Positions 39,209 through 49,369 of a stretch of 64,000 bases of DNA are shown here, piece after piece (position 1 is the first letter of the stretch; each line of letters opens with the position of its first letter). A model generated the notes under the pieces. That model was not told the origin of the DNA and did not search any database. It saw nothing but the letters and a program-made list of their open reading frames with translations. Source of the stretch: Candidatus Micrarchaeota archaeon (GTDB lineage: Archaea > Micrarchaeota > Micrarchaeia > Norongarragalinales > Norongarragalinaceae); NCBI GenBank assembly GCA_037444485.1, contig JBBIMI010000001.1, positions 32,001 through 96,000 on the forward strand, written 5' to 3'. Position numbers and translations under genes: made by a program.

Positions 39209-39961
39209 ATGATGGCGATGGGTTTAGACGACCTAAAGAATTTCTTGAAGTCTAAAAAAAGCGTGGGAAAGACTAAGCGGAAGCACGCTGCAGAGATGGG
39301 GGAGAGTATCGGAGAAAAGCTTTCTTCGTTAGAGGAAGAGATTTCTGTTTGCAAGACGCGGGAACTGCTTTACAGAAAGATTCTAGAACGCTATTCTGAA
39401 ATGATCGGGTTAAGCGAGGAAAAAACTATTCCTGAATTGAAGGCGCTTGTAAACGCGGGGGACGCGAACGTTTTAGAAGTGAAGCAAAAAATTTTAGGAG
39501 AATTGCAAACGCTGCGGGGCCCAGAGTTTTCTTACGCGTTTGAAAAAGATTTTCTCGACTACGCGGGAAAGGCGTTCGAATTCGTTTCTTCGCTTCGCGA
39601 GGTTCACGCGAACTTGAGTTTTTCCTACTGGCTTTCACCGAAAGAAATTTTAGAGTTAGGGGCTGCCGACGCTTTCGACAAAGCGATTTTCTTGTGCTCG
39701 CTTCTCAAAGCCGGTGGTTGCGGCAACGCGCGCGTGCGAGTTTTCGAGCTCGAGGGGGGTTTGAAGCACGCAGTAGTCGTTTTCGAATTCGCTAACATGT
39801 TTTACGTTTTCGATTCTTCGCGGCGCGAGCCGAACGCGAGGCTTTCGGCGCCGACTGCGGACGAAGCGTTGAAAGAATTTTGCTGCGACGGAAAGAAAGT
39901 GACGCGCTCGCTTTACGAGTTCAACGACTCTGAATACAATGAGTTTGGTGAGGAAGAATAA
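39209..39961 (+). CDS. Transglutaminase-like fold protein, apparently lacking the catalytic Cys
   Basis: YWLSPKE, GAADAFDKAIFLCSLL, HAVV, YVFD. Confidence 0.6.
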   Translation: MMAMGLDDLKNFLKSKKSVGKTKRKHAAEMGESIGEKLSSLEEEISVCKTRELLYRKILERYSEMIGLSEEKTIPELKALVNAGDANVLEVKQKILGELQTLRGPEFSYAFEKDFLDYAGKAFEFVSSLREVHANLSFSYWLSPKEILELGAADAFDKAIFLCSLLKAGGCGNARVRVFELEGGLKHAVVVFEFANMFYVFDSSRREPNARLSAPTADEALKEFCCDGKKVTRSLYEFNDSEYNEFGEEE

Positions 39962-40001
39962 GCGAACCACAGGCAGGAGGCGTCCAAAGTTTTCGGTGTT
40001 T

Positions 40002-40208
40002 TCAGAGTTTCTTGAGTTTAGCTAAAAACTTTTTGTGAATTCGCACAGTATCGCGCAAGTGCTGCGCGAACGAACGCTTTTTCGAAAGCAGTTGCTTGTG
40101 AATCTTCAACTCGTCGCGCGCGTGCTCTCGCCAGGCGTCCGCAAAATTGTGGAGTTTCCTGGCTAGCGCGCGTTTTCGGTTTTCAGATTTCTTGCTTTTT
40201 CCAACCAT
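40002..40208 (-). CDS. Small basic protein with internal helical repeat
   Basis: WREHARDELKIHKQLL / FAQHLRDTVRIHKKFL. Confidence 0.55.
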   Translation of the reverse strand: MVGKSKKSENRKRALARKLHNFADAWREHARDELKIHKQLLSKKRSFAQHLRDTVRIHKKFLAKLKKL

Positions 40209-40349
40209 TTTCGTACCACATTGCGAATGAATCCTGAGAGTATGAAGAAAGGCACGGGTTTAAATATTTCGTTTCGCAAAAAAAATTCCTTGAAGGTTTG
40301 AAGAAGCTAGTTTTCTGGAGAGTTGAATTTTTCTAGAGGGTTGAATTTT

Positions 40350-40541
40350 TTGGGCGTTGACATCAACAGCAAGTGTTTTTACTGTGCGGGCTGCGTTTCA
40401 GTCTGCCCCACGCTCGCGTTGACGCTTGAAGAAAACAAGATTGTCTGCGATTTTTCGAAATGCACCGACTGCGGAATTTGCATTAAAGCGTGTCCGGTTA
40501 AAGCGATTTCCTTCCACTCAAGCAAAAAGAAACAAGGTTGA
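40350..40541 (+). CDS. 2x[4Fe-4S] ferredoxin
   Basis: CFYCAGCVSVCP and CTDCGICIKACP. Confidence 0.92.
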   Translation: MGVDINSKCFYCAGCVSVCPTLALTLEENKIVCDFSKCTDCGICIKACPVKAISFHSSKKKQG

Positions 40542-40576
40542 ATAAGAACAAGTTGAATAAGAACAAGTTGAATAAG
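40537..40576. repeat. 15-bp tandem repeat GTTGAATAAGAACAA (about 2.7 copies) spanning the ferredoxin stop
   Basis: Read directly. Confidence 0.9.
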
Positions 40577-40578
40577 GA

Positions 40579-41757
40579 TTGAAAAAAGATTATGACGCGG
40601 TTGTAGTCGGGGCTGGACCTGCAGGCAGCGTATTCGCGCGCACAGCTGCGGCGAAAGGACTAGATGTCCTAGTCGTAGACAAGAAAAAAGACTTGGGGAC
40701 TCCAGTGCGTTGCGGCGAGGGACTCGACGCTAAATACTTTCGCGAGTTCGACTTGCCGCTAGTTCCAGGCGCACAACCATTTGAAATAAACGGGGCTGCC
40801 TTGTACGGCCCAAAGCGGCAGAAAATCGTCTTACGCACCGCGATGACAAAGGGCTTCGTGCTCGAACGAAAGATTTTCGACAAGCACTTAGCGATTCAAG
40901 CGATTAGGAAAGGCGCGCACTTCCTACCGAAAACCCTTGCAACAGGACTAATCAAAGAAGAGGGAAAAATTGCGGGCGTTAAAGCCATTCATGACGGCGT
41001 CGAACTCGAATTCCATGCATCCCTCATAGTCTCAGCAGAAGGCATGGAAGCGAAAATAGCGCGCGAAGCCGGCTTTCCCGCGCTTGCGACGCTTTACGAT
41101 ACTGACACTTGTTACGAATACGAAATGGCGAACGTCGAATGCGAAGACCTTATCGAAATTTATTTCGGCAACGAAATCGCGCCAAGAGGGTACGTATGGG
41201 TTTTTCCAAAGGGTAAAGACGTTGCGAACGTAGGCATCGGCGTGGGGGCGGCGACCGGCGCGAATCCGAAAGAACTTCTCGACCGTTTCATTGCAAGTGA
41301 AACGCGTTTCAAGTCAGCAGAGCCCATTGAAGTAAAGGGAGGCTTAATCAGCGTGGGCGCGCCGATTCGCGAGTTCGTGAAAGACAATTTTATGGTAATC
41401 GGCACTGCAGCACACCAAGTAGACCCTATTCACGGCGGCGGCATCGGCCTCGCGGTCGAAGCCGGGTTCATCGCCGGCAACGTCGCCGCGGAAGCGGTTG
41501 AACAAAAAAATTTTTCGAAGAATTTTCTAGCGAAATACGAGCGCGAGTGGCGCGAGAGGGAAGGCGCGAAACTCGAAAAACGCTTGAAACTGCGTCACGT
41601 CATTGAAAAACTGAACGACGATGACTTGAACCACATTTTTAATGAGGTGAATGAAGCTGATGTGGATGCGTTGCTGCGGGGCGAGTACAAGAGCGTAGTC
41701 GCAAAGGTTTTGTTGAAGCGCCCAAGCATGCTGAAAATTGTTTCCGCGCTCGCGTGA
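40579..41757 (+). CDS. Geranylgeranyl reductase family (DGGGPL reductase-like)
   Basis: VVGAGPAG, PVRCGEG, APRGYVWVFPKG, NVGIG, DPIHGGGI; adjacent ferredoxin. Confidence 0.9.
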   Translation: MKKDYDAVVVGAGPAGSVFARTAAAKGLDVLVVDKKKDLGTPVRCGEGLDAKYFREFDLPLVPGAQPFEINGAALYGPKRQKIVLRTAMTKGFVLERKIFDKHLAIQAIRKGAHFLPKTLATGLIKEEGKIAGVKAIHDGVELEFHASLIVSAEGMEAKIAREAGFPALATLYDTDTCYEYEMANVECEDLIEIYFGNEIAPRGYVWVFPKGKDVANVGIGVGAATGANPKELLDRFIASETRFKSAEPIEVKGGLISVGAPIREFVKDNFMVIGTAAHQVDPIHGGGIGLAVEAGFIAGNVAAEAVEQKNFSKNFLAKYEREWREREGAKLEKRLKLRHVIEKLNDDDLNHIFNEVNEADVDALLRGEYKSVVAKVLLKRPSMLKIVSALA

Positions 41758-41893
41758 AACGCGGGGGGAGGGGTACAAGTTTAAAAATTTTGTTTTCTTT
41801 AAACAATTGGTTTGTTTGCAGTCATTTGCTTTGATTCGCTTTGATTCCACGTTTGTTTTCGTGATTTTTGTTTTTGATGGAGGTAATAGTGTT

Positions 41894-42076
41894 TTGAAGT
41901 TGAAGTTAGACCAGTTAACTAATTACGAGAAGGCGCGGCTTGTAGGCGCTAGGGCGTTGCAGCTTGCGATGGGCGCGCCGCCACTCGTGAAAGTGCCTGA
42001 AGGCGTCGTAGACGCGATCGTGGTAGCGCGCTTGGAATTCGAGAAAAACGTGATTCCGCTTCAAATAATTCGTTAA
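41894..42076 (+). CDS. rpoK: RNA polymerase subunit K (Rpo6)
   Basis: LTNYEKARLVGARALQLAMGAP, IPL. Confidence 0.92.
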   Translation: MKLKLDQLTNYEKARLVGARALQLAMGAPPLVKVPEGVVDAIVVARLEFEKNVIPLQIIR

Positions 42077-42109
42077 CACGAGCGGAACGCTTGACGAACT
42101 TTAAAGAAA

Positions 42110-43333
42110 TTACTCGTAGCGGAGTGCATCCACGGGCTTTAGCGAAGCTGCTCGCCGCGCGGGTAAAACACCTGAAATCGCGCCTACCAAGAAAGAGAAT
42201 GCAAGCGAGAAACCGATTAGTTCTGGCGTTATCGATGCTTTCAGGAACGATTCGCCTGCTTGCGCCGCGACTTCCTGCGCGCCTAAAGCCAAGACTAAGC
42301 CGAAGGAAACGCCTAGAATGCCACCCAGCAAGCCAAGCATTCCGGACTCTGTTAAGAAAAGCAGTAAGACATGCGAGTTTCTGGCGCCTATCGCCTTCAT
42401 TACACCTATTTCCTTTGTTCTTTCGAGTACACCAGTGTACATCGTGTTCATTATTCCGATTCCGCCGACGAGCAGGGAAATTGCCGCAATGCCTATTACC
42501 GTCGCTTGGACGGCGCCCAGAATCGCACTGAAGGAAGCTGCGAGTTGTTCAGGGGTTTGCACTGAAAAATCTTCTTCTCCTTCTTTTTGGTGTCTTGAAG
42601 CACGCAGTTTCTTAAATATTTTTTCGCCCACTTGTTCCGCTGAAACGCCGGCTTGCATTTGAACGATTATCATGGAAACTAGTTTTTGTTCGTTAAACAT
42701 TTCTCGCGCGGTTTCTATTGGAATATAGATTTGACTATCGTCGTGCCTGCTGCCGACCGACTTCAATACGCCGACCACTCGAAAATCTTTGCCGTTCAAC
42801 TTGATTTTGTCGCCGGGCCTAATTTTTTTCTTGAAAAACCCGTTTGCGAGGTAACTGCCGACTACCGCTGCGTACTTGTCACTGGTTTTAAAGTCCCTGC
42901 CTGCAGAGAGTTTGAAGCCCATCGCGTCTTTAAGCATGTCTTGCGTTTTGCCTAATGGAATGCTTACGAGGAACGTGTTTTTAGACTCGCCTGAAAATTC
43001 CATCGTAACGCTTTTAACCAATACTTCGCCTGCAAGGCTTACTCCAGCAATTTTTTTGATGTCGTTCACGTCGTCTGTGGTGAGTGGATGCGCGGATAAC
43101 TCACTTGCGAAAGGCGAGGAAAACATGCCGCCTGCAGAACCCATCACGATTATCTTGTCGGCACCCAGTTTTTGAAACTCTGCAGAAATCACGTTGTTCA
43201 AGCCGCTGCTTAACGATACGAGCGCCACTACGGCGGCGATGCCTATAAAGACGCCTATTACAGTAAGTAAGCTCCGCAATCGCCGGTGCGATAAGTTTCT
43301 TGAAGCGAGGTAAATATAGTTTACCAACCGCAA
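42110..43333 (-). CDS. ABC transporter permease, MacB/FtsX family
   Basis: RSLLTVIGVFIG, GGIGIMNTM, ERTKEIGVMKAIGA, PARRAA.L.PVDALRYE. Confidence 0.92.
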   Translation of the reverse strand: MRLVNYIYLASRNLSHRRLRSLLTVIGVFIGIAAVVALVSLSSGLNNVISAEFQKLGADKIIVMGSAGGMFSSPFASELSAHPLTTDDVNDIKKIAGVSLAGEVLVKSVTMEFSGESKNTFLVSIPLGKTQDMLKDAMGFKLSAGRDFKTSDKYAAVVGSYLANGFFKKKIRPGDKIKLNGKDFRVVGVLKSVGSRHDDSQIYIPIETAREMFNEQKLVSMIIVQMQAGVSAEQVGEKIFKKLRASRHQKEGEEDFSVQTPEQLAASFSAILGAVQATVIGIAAISLLVGGIGIMNTMYTGVLERTKEIGVMKAIGARNSHVLLLFLTESGMLGLLGGILGVSFGLVLALGAQEVAAQAGESFLKASITPELIGFSLAFSFLVGAISGVLPARRAASLKPVDALRYE

Positions 43334-43457
43334 TCGCCTCGAGTTTGCTTCACGAAGTATTGTTTTTACTAATTCCAGGTTTTCAGGTTTTGTGGTGTTT
43401 CGCTGTTAGTTTTGTTGTGTTTTGCGCCGCATTCTGAAATTTTTGTAAATGGGTGGT

Positions 43458-44708
43458 TCAAACGCGTTTTCTGTGTGAAAACCATTTGAACAAGCGCCAA
43501 AGCACGTAGAATGCTATCAACGCGATGACTGCGATTAGGACGGTATTTAAACCGCCTTTCTTTTCCAAATCCATTCGCGTTATTTCTTCTTCGGAATATA
43601 AGCGGAGGGAAACTTCCCGATATTCTTTATAGTTCTTGTTGTTCGCATCTTTGAAAGATATTTCCAGCGGAAGTTTGATTTGGCTTCCAGTGTTTGGCGA
43701 AACATAGAGAGAGTACTGTACTGTTTGATAATCACCGGAATCCAGTCCGCCGACGTAAACGTTTGCTGCTGAAAGCGTTTGAAACCCTGCGTTCGGTAGA
43801 AGGCGGACGGAGAGGAACTTCGCGTCAGAAAGGCCTTTATTCACTATTTTAATCACGATGTTTCCTGGTTGGCTTGTACGTAGGATTTCCGTAGATTCTA
43901 GTTCTATGAATATTTCTGGTTTGGCGTTGACTAGGAAAGCGATTGAATCATCGCGAGAGTAATTGTTTCCAGCGTCATCTACATACGAGAGCGAGAGCGT
44001 GGTTTTATAGAGTTTTGCCGCAGCATCTGAAGCAGCCATCACGTTGAATTCAAGGGTTTTTTCTTCACCTGCATCCAAGTACTGTAGTCGTTGTTCGCTT
44101 CCGCTTTTTATGAACGCTAACGGAATGGTTGGGGAGGATAAGTCTATTTTCAGCGCCACATCACGGACTGTCGAACTGGCTTGGTTTTTGATGTGCACTT
44201 TGACTATTGCTTCTTTACCAGGTTCTATTTCAAATGGTTCTGTTTCTATCTTCGTAACGCTTACGACTATGTCTTTCGGTTTCACTGTAATCGATAACTT
44301 GGTTGAAAGCCAGTCGCCTGGCTTTGAACGACATTTGAAGCTGATTTCATTGACGCCGAAAACCGCTTTTGAGTCAACGCGTAGTTTATACTTCAACACG
44401 ACGCTTTGGCCTACTAACAACTGGCCCACGTAACGCGTCGCACTCTCGTTCGCGTCTAAAGAGAATGGAAAAACTGGTTCGAGCGCGCACTCCACGTTGT
44501 CGCTGGTTGCCGCGCTGTTCAAGACACTCACCCACAAGTCGATGTACTGCCCTGGTTCTGCTGGGTAAGGCTCGTATTTTAAAGCGGACAAGGAAAGCGT
44601 TCCACCAAGCAGCGGCGTTGCCGCTGCAGTAAAGCCAGCTAGAGCTAGAAAAGAGGCGAAAAACAAAACAATTATGCTTAATTTCGTTAATTCATTCATT
44701 TCAACCAA
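43458..44708 (-). CDS. COG1361-type S-layer/Ig-like domain membrane protein
   Basis: Signal peptide, repeated PG...N Ig-like units, C-terminal TM; typical position between archaeal ABC genes. Confidence 0.75.
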   Translation of the reverse strand: MVEMNELTKLSIIVLFFASFLALAGFTAAATPLLGGTLSLSALKYEPYPAEPGQYIDLWVSVLNSAATSDNVECALEPVFPFSLDANESATRYVGQLLVGQSVVLKYKLRVDSKAVFGVNEISFKCRSKPGDWLSTKLSITVKPKDIVVSVTKIETEPFEIEPGKEAIVKVHIKNQASSTVRDVALKIDLSSPTIPLAFIKSGSEQRLQYLDAGEEKTLEFNVMAASDAAAKLYKTTLSLSYVDDAGNNYSRDDSIAFLVNAKPEIFIELESTEILRTSQPGNIVIKIVNKGLSDAKFLSVRLLPNAGFQTLSAANVYVGGLDSGDYQTVQYSLYVSPNTGSQIKLPLEISFKDANNKNYKEYREVSLRLYSEEEITRMDLEKKGGLNTVLIAVIALIAFYVLWRLFKWFSHRKRV

Positions 44709-44760
44709 TTACCTGTTAGGTTTTTATTTTCTTGAGTTGTTTCATTGTTTCACGTTGTTT

Positions 44761-45441
44761 TCACGAATGCTGCAGCATGCCGTCTCTCAAGTGCAGCGTG
44801 CGGTGCGCGATTTTCGCGTATTCAGTTTCGTGCGTCACCAATACTATTGTTTTATTTTCAGTTTCGTGGAGCTCCTCCAGTAAAGACATTATTTCCGCGC
44901 CCGCGCGCGAGTCTAAGTTTCCGGTTGGCTCATCCGCCAAGATCGTGTCTGGGTTTACTACGAGTGCGCGTGCTACTGCAACGCGTTGTTGTTCGCCTCC
45001 ACTTAGTTCGTACGGCTTGTGATTCAGCCGCGCGCCTAAACCCATTTTTTCAAGCATTTTTCGCGCTCGAGTTTTCCGCTCTTTTTCTGGAACTTCTTGA
45101 AAAACGAGCGGCATTTCAACGTTTTCCTGCGCAGAAAGCGAGTGAATAAGGTTAAAGTTTTGGAAAACGAACCCGATTCTACGCCCCCTTATTTCAGCCA
45201 AATCGCTTTCGTTCAGTAAAGAAATGTCTTGGCCGTCCAACAATATTCTTCCATGCGTTGGCAAGTCCAGGCAACCGATCAAGTGCATTAAAGTCGATTT
45301 TCCGGAGCCGCTTGGACCGACTATCGAAACGAATTCGTTTTCCGCGATTTTCAGGCTGACTCCGCGCAATGCAGGCACTTCAATCGCGCCCATTCTATAA
45401 ATTTTTTTGACGTTTTGGAGTTCGATTACCGTTCGTTTCAA
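44761..45441 (-). CDS. ABC transporter ATP-binding protein (LolD-like)
   Basis: GPSGSGKST, LSGGEQQRV, LADEPTGNLD, VTH. Confidence 0.93.
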   Translation of the reverse strand: MKRTVIELQNVKKIYRMGAIEVPALRGVSLKIAENEFVSIVGPSGSGKSTLMHLIGCLDLPTHGRILLDGQDISLLNESDLAEIRGRRIGFVFQNFNLIHSLSAQENVEMPLVFQEVPEKERKTRARKMLEKMGLGARLNHKPYELSGGEQQRVAVARALVVNPDTILADEPTGNLDSRAGAEIMSLLEELHETENKTIVLVTHETEYAKIAHRTLHLRDGMLQHS

Positions 45442-45555
45442 AGCACACCAACTCGATAGCGGAGAGCTAAAGAGAAAGATAAAGAAAAAGAGTTCTGAAA
45501 ACATTAATTATTAATTGCAGATATATTTAAGTCTTGGTTTTGAAGTTGGTTTCGA

Positions 45556-46710
45556 ATGAGTAAAGCGTTTCAAGCAACGCAAACAATGAGTAATTTAGAC
45601 TTGTTTTACTTACTGCGGGAATTGAGGGTGTTGGAAGGCGCGCGGCTTTCGAAAGCGTACGGATTCGCGCCTAACGCGCCAAACGTTTTCCGCTTTAAGT
45701 TTAAGGCTTCTGGCGGCGAGTTAAACCTGCACGTCGACTTGAGTGTCGGGATGTGGTTGACGAAGTACTTGAGGGAACCGCCGAGACAGCCTGACGCTTT
45801 TGTAACGAAATTGCGGAAGGATTTGGAGAACGCCCCGCTTTCTGAAGTAAAGCAATTAAATTTCGACCGAGTAGTTTCACTCGTTTTTTCTACTAAAGTT
45901 GGGGAACGCGTCTTGATTGTGGAATTCGTCGGCAACGGCAACCTCTTATTGCTCGATGAAAACAAAAAAATAATTCAAGCACGCGAAAACCGTAATTACG
46001 TTGTTCGGAAGCTGCGTGCGGGCGCAAGGTACGTGCTTCCCTCGTCGGAAAAGAAAAACCCGAGCGAGCTTAATGAAAGCGACCTGCGTGGATTGCGCGG
46101 GGGCGTGGTTTCCGCATTGTTCAAAAAAGTGAATTTGTCGCCTTTTTACTTGGAGGAAGCCTGCGCGCGGGCTGGAATCGAGTTCTGTGAGAAAATCGAG
46201 GAACTTGAAGCAGAGAAACGAAAGGCGCTTGCCGACGCGTGCAGGAAATTGCTTGCAGAGAATTCCACGCCAAGAGTTTACGTTGTTGGCGGTCGGGCAG
46301 CCGCATTCGCACCCTTCGAATTAAAGAAATTAAGAAACGCGGCGAATAAAGAATTCGAGAGTTTTTCTAGAGCGTTGGATGCTTATTATGCGGAACTCGT
46401 TGGAGAGAGAGGCTCGCGCGAGGAGAAGGCGGAAACGCGTTTCGAAAAAGAATTAAGCGAGTTGCGCGCATTGCTTTCAAGGCAGGAGCTGTCAGCAAGC
46501 GCGTTAGACAATGAGGCTAGAGAAAAAAAGCTTTCTGGGGATTGGATTTGCGCCAATTCAGGTTTAGTCGAACGCGTTATCGAAGAAGCTCGCGCGCTTA
46601 AGAGCGGCGTCGATTCTAGGGAAGTTGAGCGCCGGATTGCGGCGTTGAGTGGAAAAATCAAAAAAACATCTATTGCTGGCGCTGAATTGATTATTGAAAC
46701 TGGCGAGTAA
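45556..46710 (+). CDS. NFACT/Rqc2 family protein, N-terminal part only
   Basis: F..KLRK.L, QLNFDRVV, EFVGNGN, Y.LP, E.C.RAG, F.SFS.ALD.YY and coiled coil. Confidence 0.8.
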   Translation: MSKAFQATQTMSNLDLFYLLRELRVLEGARLSKAYGFAPNAPNVFRFKFKASGGELNLHVDLSVGMWLTKYLREPPRQPDAFVTKLRKDLENAPLSEVKQLNFDRVVSLVFSTKVGERVLIVEFVGNGNLLLLDENKKIIQARENRNYVVRKLRAGARYVLPSSEKKNPSELNESDLRGLRGGVVSALFKKVNLSPFYLEEACARAGIEFCEKIEELEAEKRKALADACRKLLAENSTPRVYVVGGRAAAFAPFELKKLRNAANKEFESFSRALDAYYAELVGERGSREEKAETRFEKELSELRALLSRQELSASALDNEAREKKLSGDWICANSGLVERVIEEARALKSGVDSREVERRIAALSGKIKKTSIAGAELIIETGE

Positions 46711-46757
46711 GGACGCGCAACACGAAACAAGAGCGGTAAGAATAAGAGTAGTAAGTG

Positions 46758-47027
46758 TTACTGCGGCGGATTAGTGAGGCTGCGGCGGTCTACAACCATT
46801 ACGTCTTTAACGTCTAATACCGCGCTGTACGGAATCGTAACCAAATCAGTGCCTTCGTGTTTCGCGCGGGCGGCCAGGCTGGATTCCGGATTCGGTTCTA
46901 GCAAAACGCTTTCGAGTTTTCCAGTCAATTCATTCAAATACAAGTCTACGATGCGGCCTATTTCTTCCCCATCAGAAGTGATTATTCTTTTTCCAGCCAG
47001 TTGTTTGGCGATAGCGTACCTAACCAT
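46758..47027 (-). CDS. PRC-barrel protein
   Basis: LAGKRIITSDGEEIGRIVD, TGKL, IPYSAV. Confidence 0.85.
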   Translation of the reverse strand: MVRYAIAKQLAGKRIITSDGEEIGRIVDLYLNELTGKLESVLLEPNPESSLAARAKHEGTDLVTIPYSAVLDVKDVMVVDRRSLTNPPQ

Positions 47028-47235
47028 TTCTTGTTTTCACCTGCAATAGCGAAAAACAGTTTTTAAAAGTTATCGAATTTCGAGTTGAAGTTATTTGTTT
47101 CACGCTATTTAAATATTTTTGTTTAAGAGTGTTAAGCTTTAAGGGCTTTAAGGAGAGCGAAACGCAAGTATTAATAACACCGTGTTTTTATATTGTTGGT
47201 TTTTCATTTGAACCAGACGATGCTGGAAAAACAAG

Positions 47236-47502
47236 GTGGTTTTCTTGAAGATAAAGGAAGAAGTGCTTAAAGTCATTGATGCTTTGAAAAAACAAGGCTT
47301 CAACCCAGTAGATGCTGTTTTCGAGGGCGCGCTTGGTGTGAAGGAGGACACCACCCTCGCTTTCATGGACAAGCTTAACGACGCTCAAATGGTTTCCGGC
47401 GTTATTAGAGTAATTTACACTGTTGACGGGGAGAATGTTCGTTTCGTCGAGATTCCAGTCGGGCAAGGCGGCGGAGCCGAGGCTGCAAGCGCCGAAAAAT
47501 AA
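47236..47502 (+). CDS. Hypothetical protein
   Basis: 88-aa ORF with normal composition filling the gap between the two PRC genes. Confidence 0.6.
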   Translation: MVFLKIKEEVLKVIDALKKQGFNPVDAVFEGALGVKEDTTLAFMDKLNDAQMVSGVIRVIYTVDGENVRFVEIPVGQGGGAEAASAEK

Positions 47503-47606
47503 AATAATTAATGAATGAAAGCAAAACTAGAAAGACTGAAGAAAACCGCATTCAAGCAGCCACTAATTTTATTTTATTAATTTTTATTTATTTTATTATT
47601 CAAAAT

Positions 47607-47969
47607 TCAAGCGCGCTTGTACTTGTAAGAGTAAGGCAGTGGTTTTGCTGGCGCCGCTGGCTCCATTTCCTCTTCAAATGATTCTTGAATTGGGCTTGAA
47701 GACGTGAGGATGATGCGGTCGACCGCCTTAATGCTTTTATACATTATTGTTTTCTCGTGAAAAACGCGTTTGGCTTCCTCTTTACTAGTTGCTTTTATTG
47801 GTTCGAGGGTAAGGCGTGCAACTTCACCTTTTTGTAAGTCGATTATTATATCGTACACTTTACCAAGATAACGCGCGTTATCCGAGTACACATCCATGCC
47901 TATTAACTGCGATATTTTTATAGTCACTAAATCACCTCGATTAATTGTTTTTCTTGAATTATTCTCCAA
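47607..47969 (-). CDS. PRC-barrel protein
   Basis: LIGMDVYSDNARYLGKVYDIIID..KGEV, IKAVDRIIL. Confidence 0.85.
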   Translation of the reverse strand: MENNSRKTINRGDLVTIKISQLIGMDVYSDNARYLGKVYDIIIDLQKGEVARLTLEPIKATSKEEAKRVFHEKTIMYKSIKAVDRIILTSSSPIQESFEEEMEPAAPAKPLPYSYKYKRA

Positions 47970-48123
47970 TTTTAGTTAAACTCTAATTAAACGCTTTGAG
48001 TCAAGTGAAACTATTTCGCTTCATGTGAATTTAAATGCTTTGGTGAGTTCCCTTAATGCTTTAAAGGCACGGCTTTCTATTCCAACAACCCACTTAAAGC
48101 AGGTTCATCAACATCTAACTGAA

Positions 48124-48525
48124 TTAAACTACTCTTAAATCTATGGTTTTGCGGACCTCATTTAAAATGTGGCCGTAATCGCGGTAGTGTGATACTGCAA
48201 ACACCTTGATTTTGTAAGTGCCTGGTTCGGTGCGTTGCGTGGACCAAACAGGTATTGAAAGTGTTTTTGTTTCGTTTGGTTGTAAGAGGCCAACGCGCAC
48301 TTCCCGTTGTTGAGTCAAACCAGTTTGGTCTGTAGCTAATGGTTTTTGAACCTCTACGACAACTGAAGTCAAGAGTTCTTTGTCGAGGTTGTTAGTCAAG
48401 TGAATGATTAAGTCGGCGCCGTCGTTCTTGTGCGCATTCAAACGAAATGGGTGTATTTCAGTCCGTAAGGAGTAAATAGTGTTTGTAATTATTGGTTTTT
48501 TTCCGAACAACTCAAACAAACCCAT
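48124..48525 (-). CDS. Hypothetical Ig-like beta-sandwich protein
   Basis: VGLLQPNETKTL, PGTYKIKV pattern. Confidence 0.6.
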   Translation of the reverse strand: MGLFELFGKKPIITNTIYSLRTEIHPFRLNAHKNDGADLIIHLTNNLDKELLTSVVVEVQKPLATDQTGLTQQREVRVGLLQPNETKTLSIPVWSTQRTEPGTYKIKVFAVSHYRDYGHILNEVRKTIDLRVV

Positions 48526-48746
48526 TTCAAATCAACCTTGTTACGCGGCTTTTAAAAACACTTAACGCCGCAAAAAACTGTTAAAACATTGAAACATTGT
48601 TGAATAAAAATTTTGAATAAAAATTCAGTTATTATTTAATCATGATTTAAATTAAAAAACATTGTTTTTGATGGTTTTAAGTAATTTGTTGTTTTATGGT
48701 TTTGTTTGGGGTTGTATGGTTTAGTGTTTGGTCAGCGTTAAACACG

Positions 48747-49160
48747 TCAAACATTAGTTTCAACCCACGCGCGCCACCACTCCGCATTTTTTTCAAGGAT
48801 TTGAGAAAAACTAGTAGACAAGTAGATTAATTGGTTTCGCTTTCCTCGCGCGAAAACAATGAGCCCGGATTTGTTTAATGCGAATAAGAGTAAGTACAAC
48901 GTGCTTTTCTTCAATTTCAAGTTAGTTTGGAGTTCGGTGAACGTTTGAGGTTTTTTCTTCAATTGTTCGAGCACGTTGATTGCGAGTTCTTTTCGCGTAC
49001 TTGAAAAGAAAAAAGCGTTATTTATGAAGTCGTATAAAGTGTATTGTCTTGAAAGTATTTTTTGAACGTCTGTTGAATTTACTCTAAAATAAGTGGTGGT
49101 TTGTTGTTTTTGTTTTTGGTAATTAGATTTTGGTTTCAAGTTTTGTAGCTCGTTCAACAC
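48747..49160 (-). CDS. Winged-helix protein
   Basis: PQTFTELQTNLKLKKSTLYLLLFALNKSGLI. Confidence 0.7.
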   Translation of the reverse strand: MLNELQNLKPKSNYQKQKQQTTTYFRVNSTDVQKILSRQYTLYDFINNAFFFSSTRKELAINVLEQLKKKPQTFTELQTNLKLKKSTLYLLLFALNKSGLIVFARGKRNQLIYLSTSFSQILEKNAEWWRAWVETNV

Positions 49161-49369
49161 ACACCCTCCAATTCCACTATTTTCGGTTTTTTAATATATT
49201 GTGTTTCGATAATATATTATTAGATAATAATAATGATAATAAAATAATAAATAATGCATTATTGTTTTGGTAATAATGTTGTGTTTCGGTAACACACTAC
49301 ACCTTAATACTAACGAAAACTAATTAAAAACTAATCAAATAATATTTGATTAGTTGGTTGTTGGTTTAA

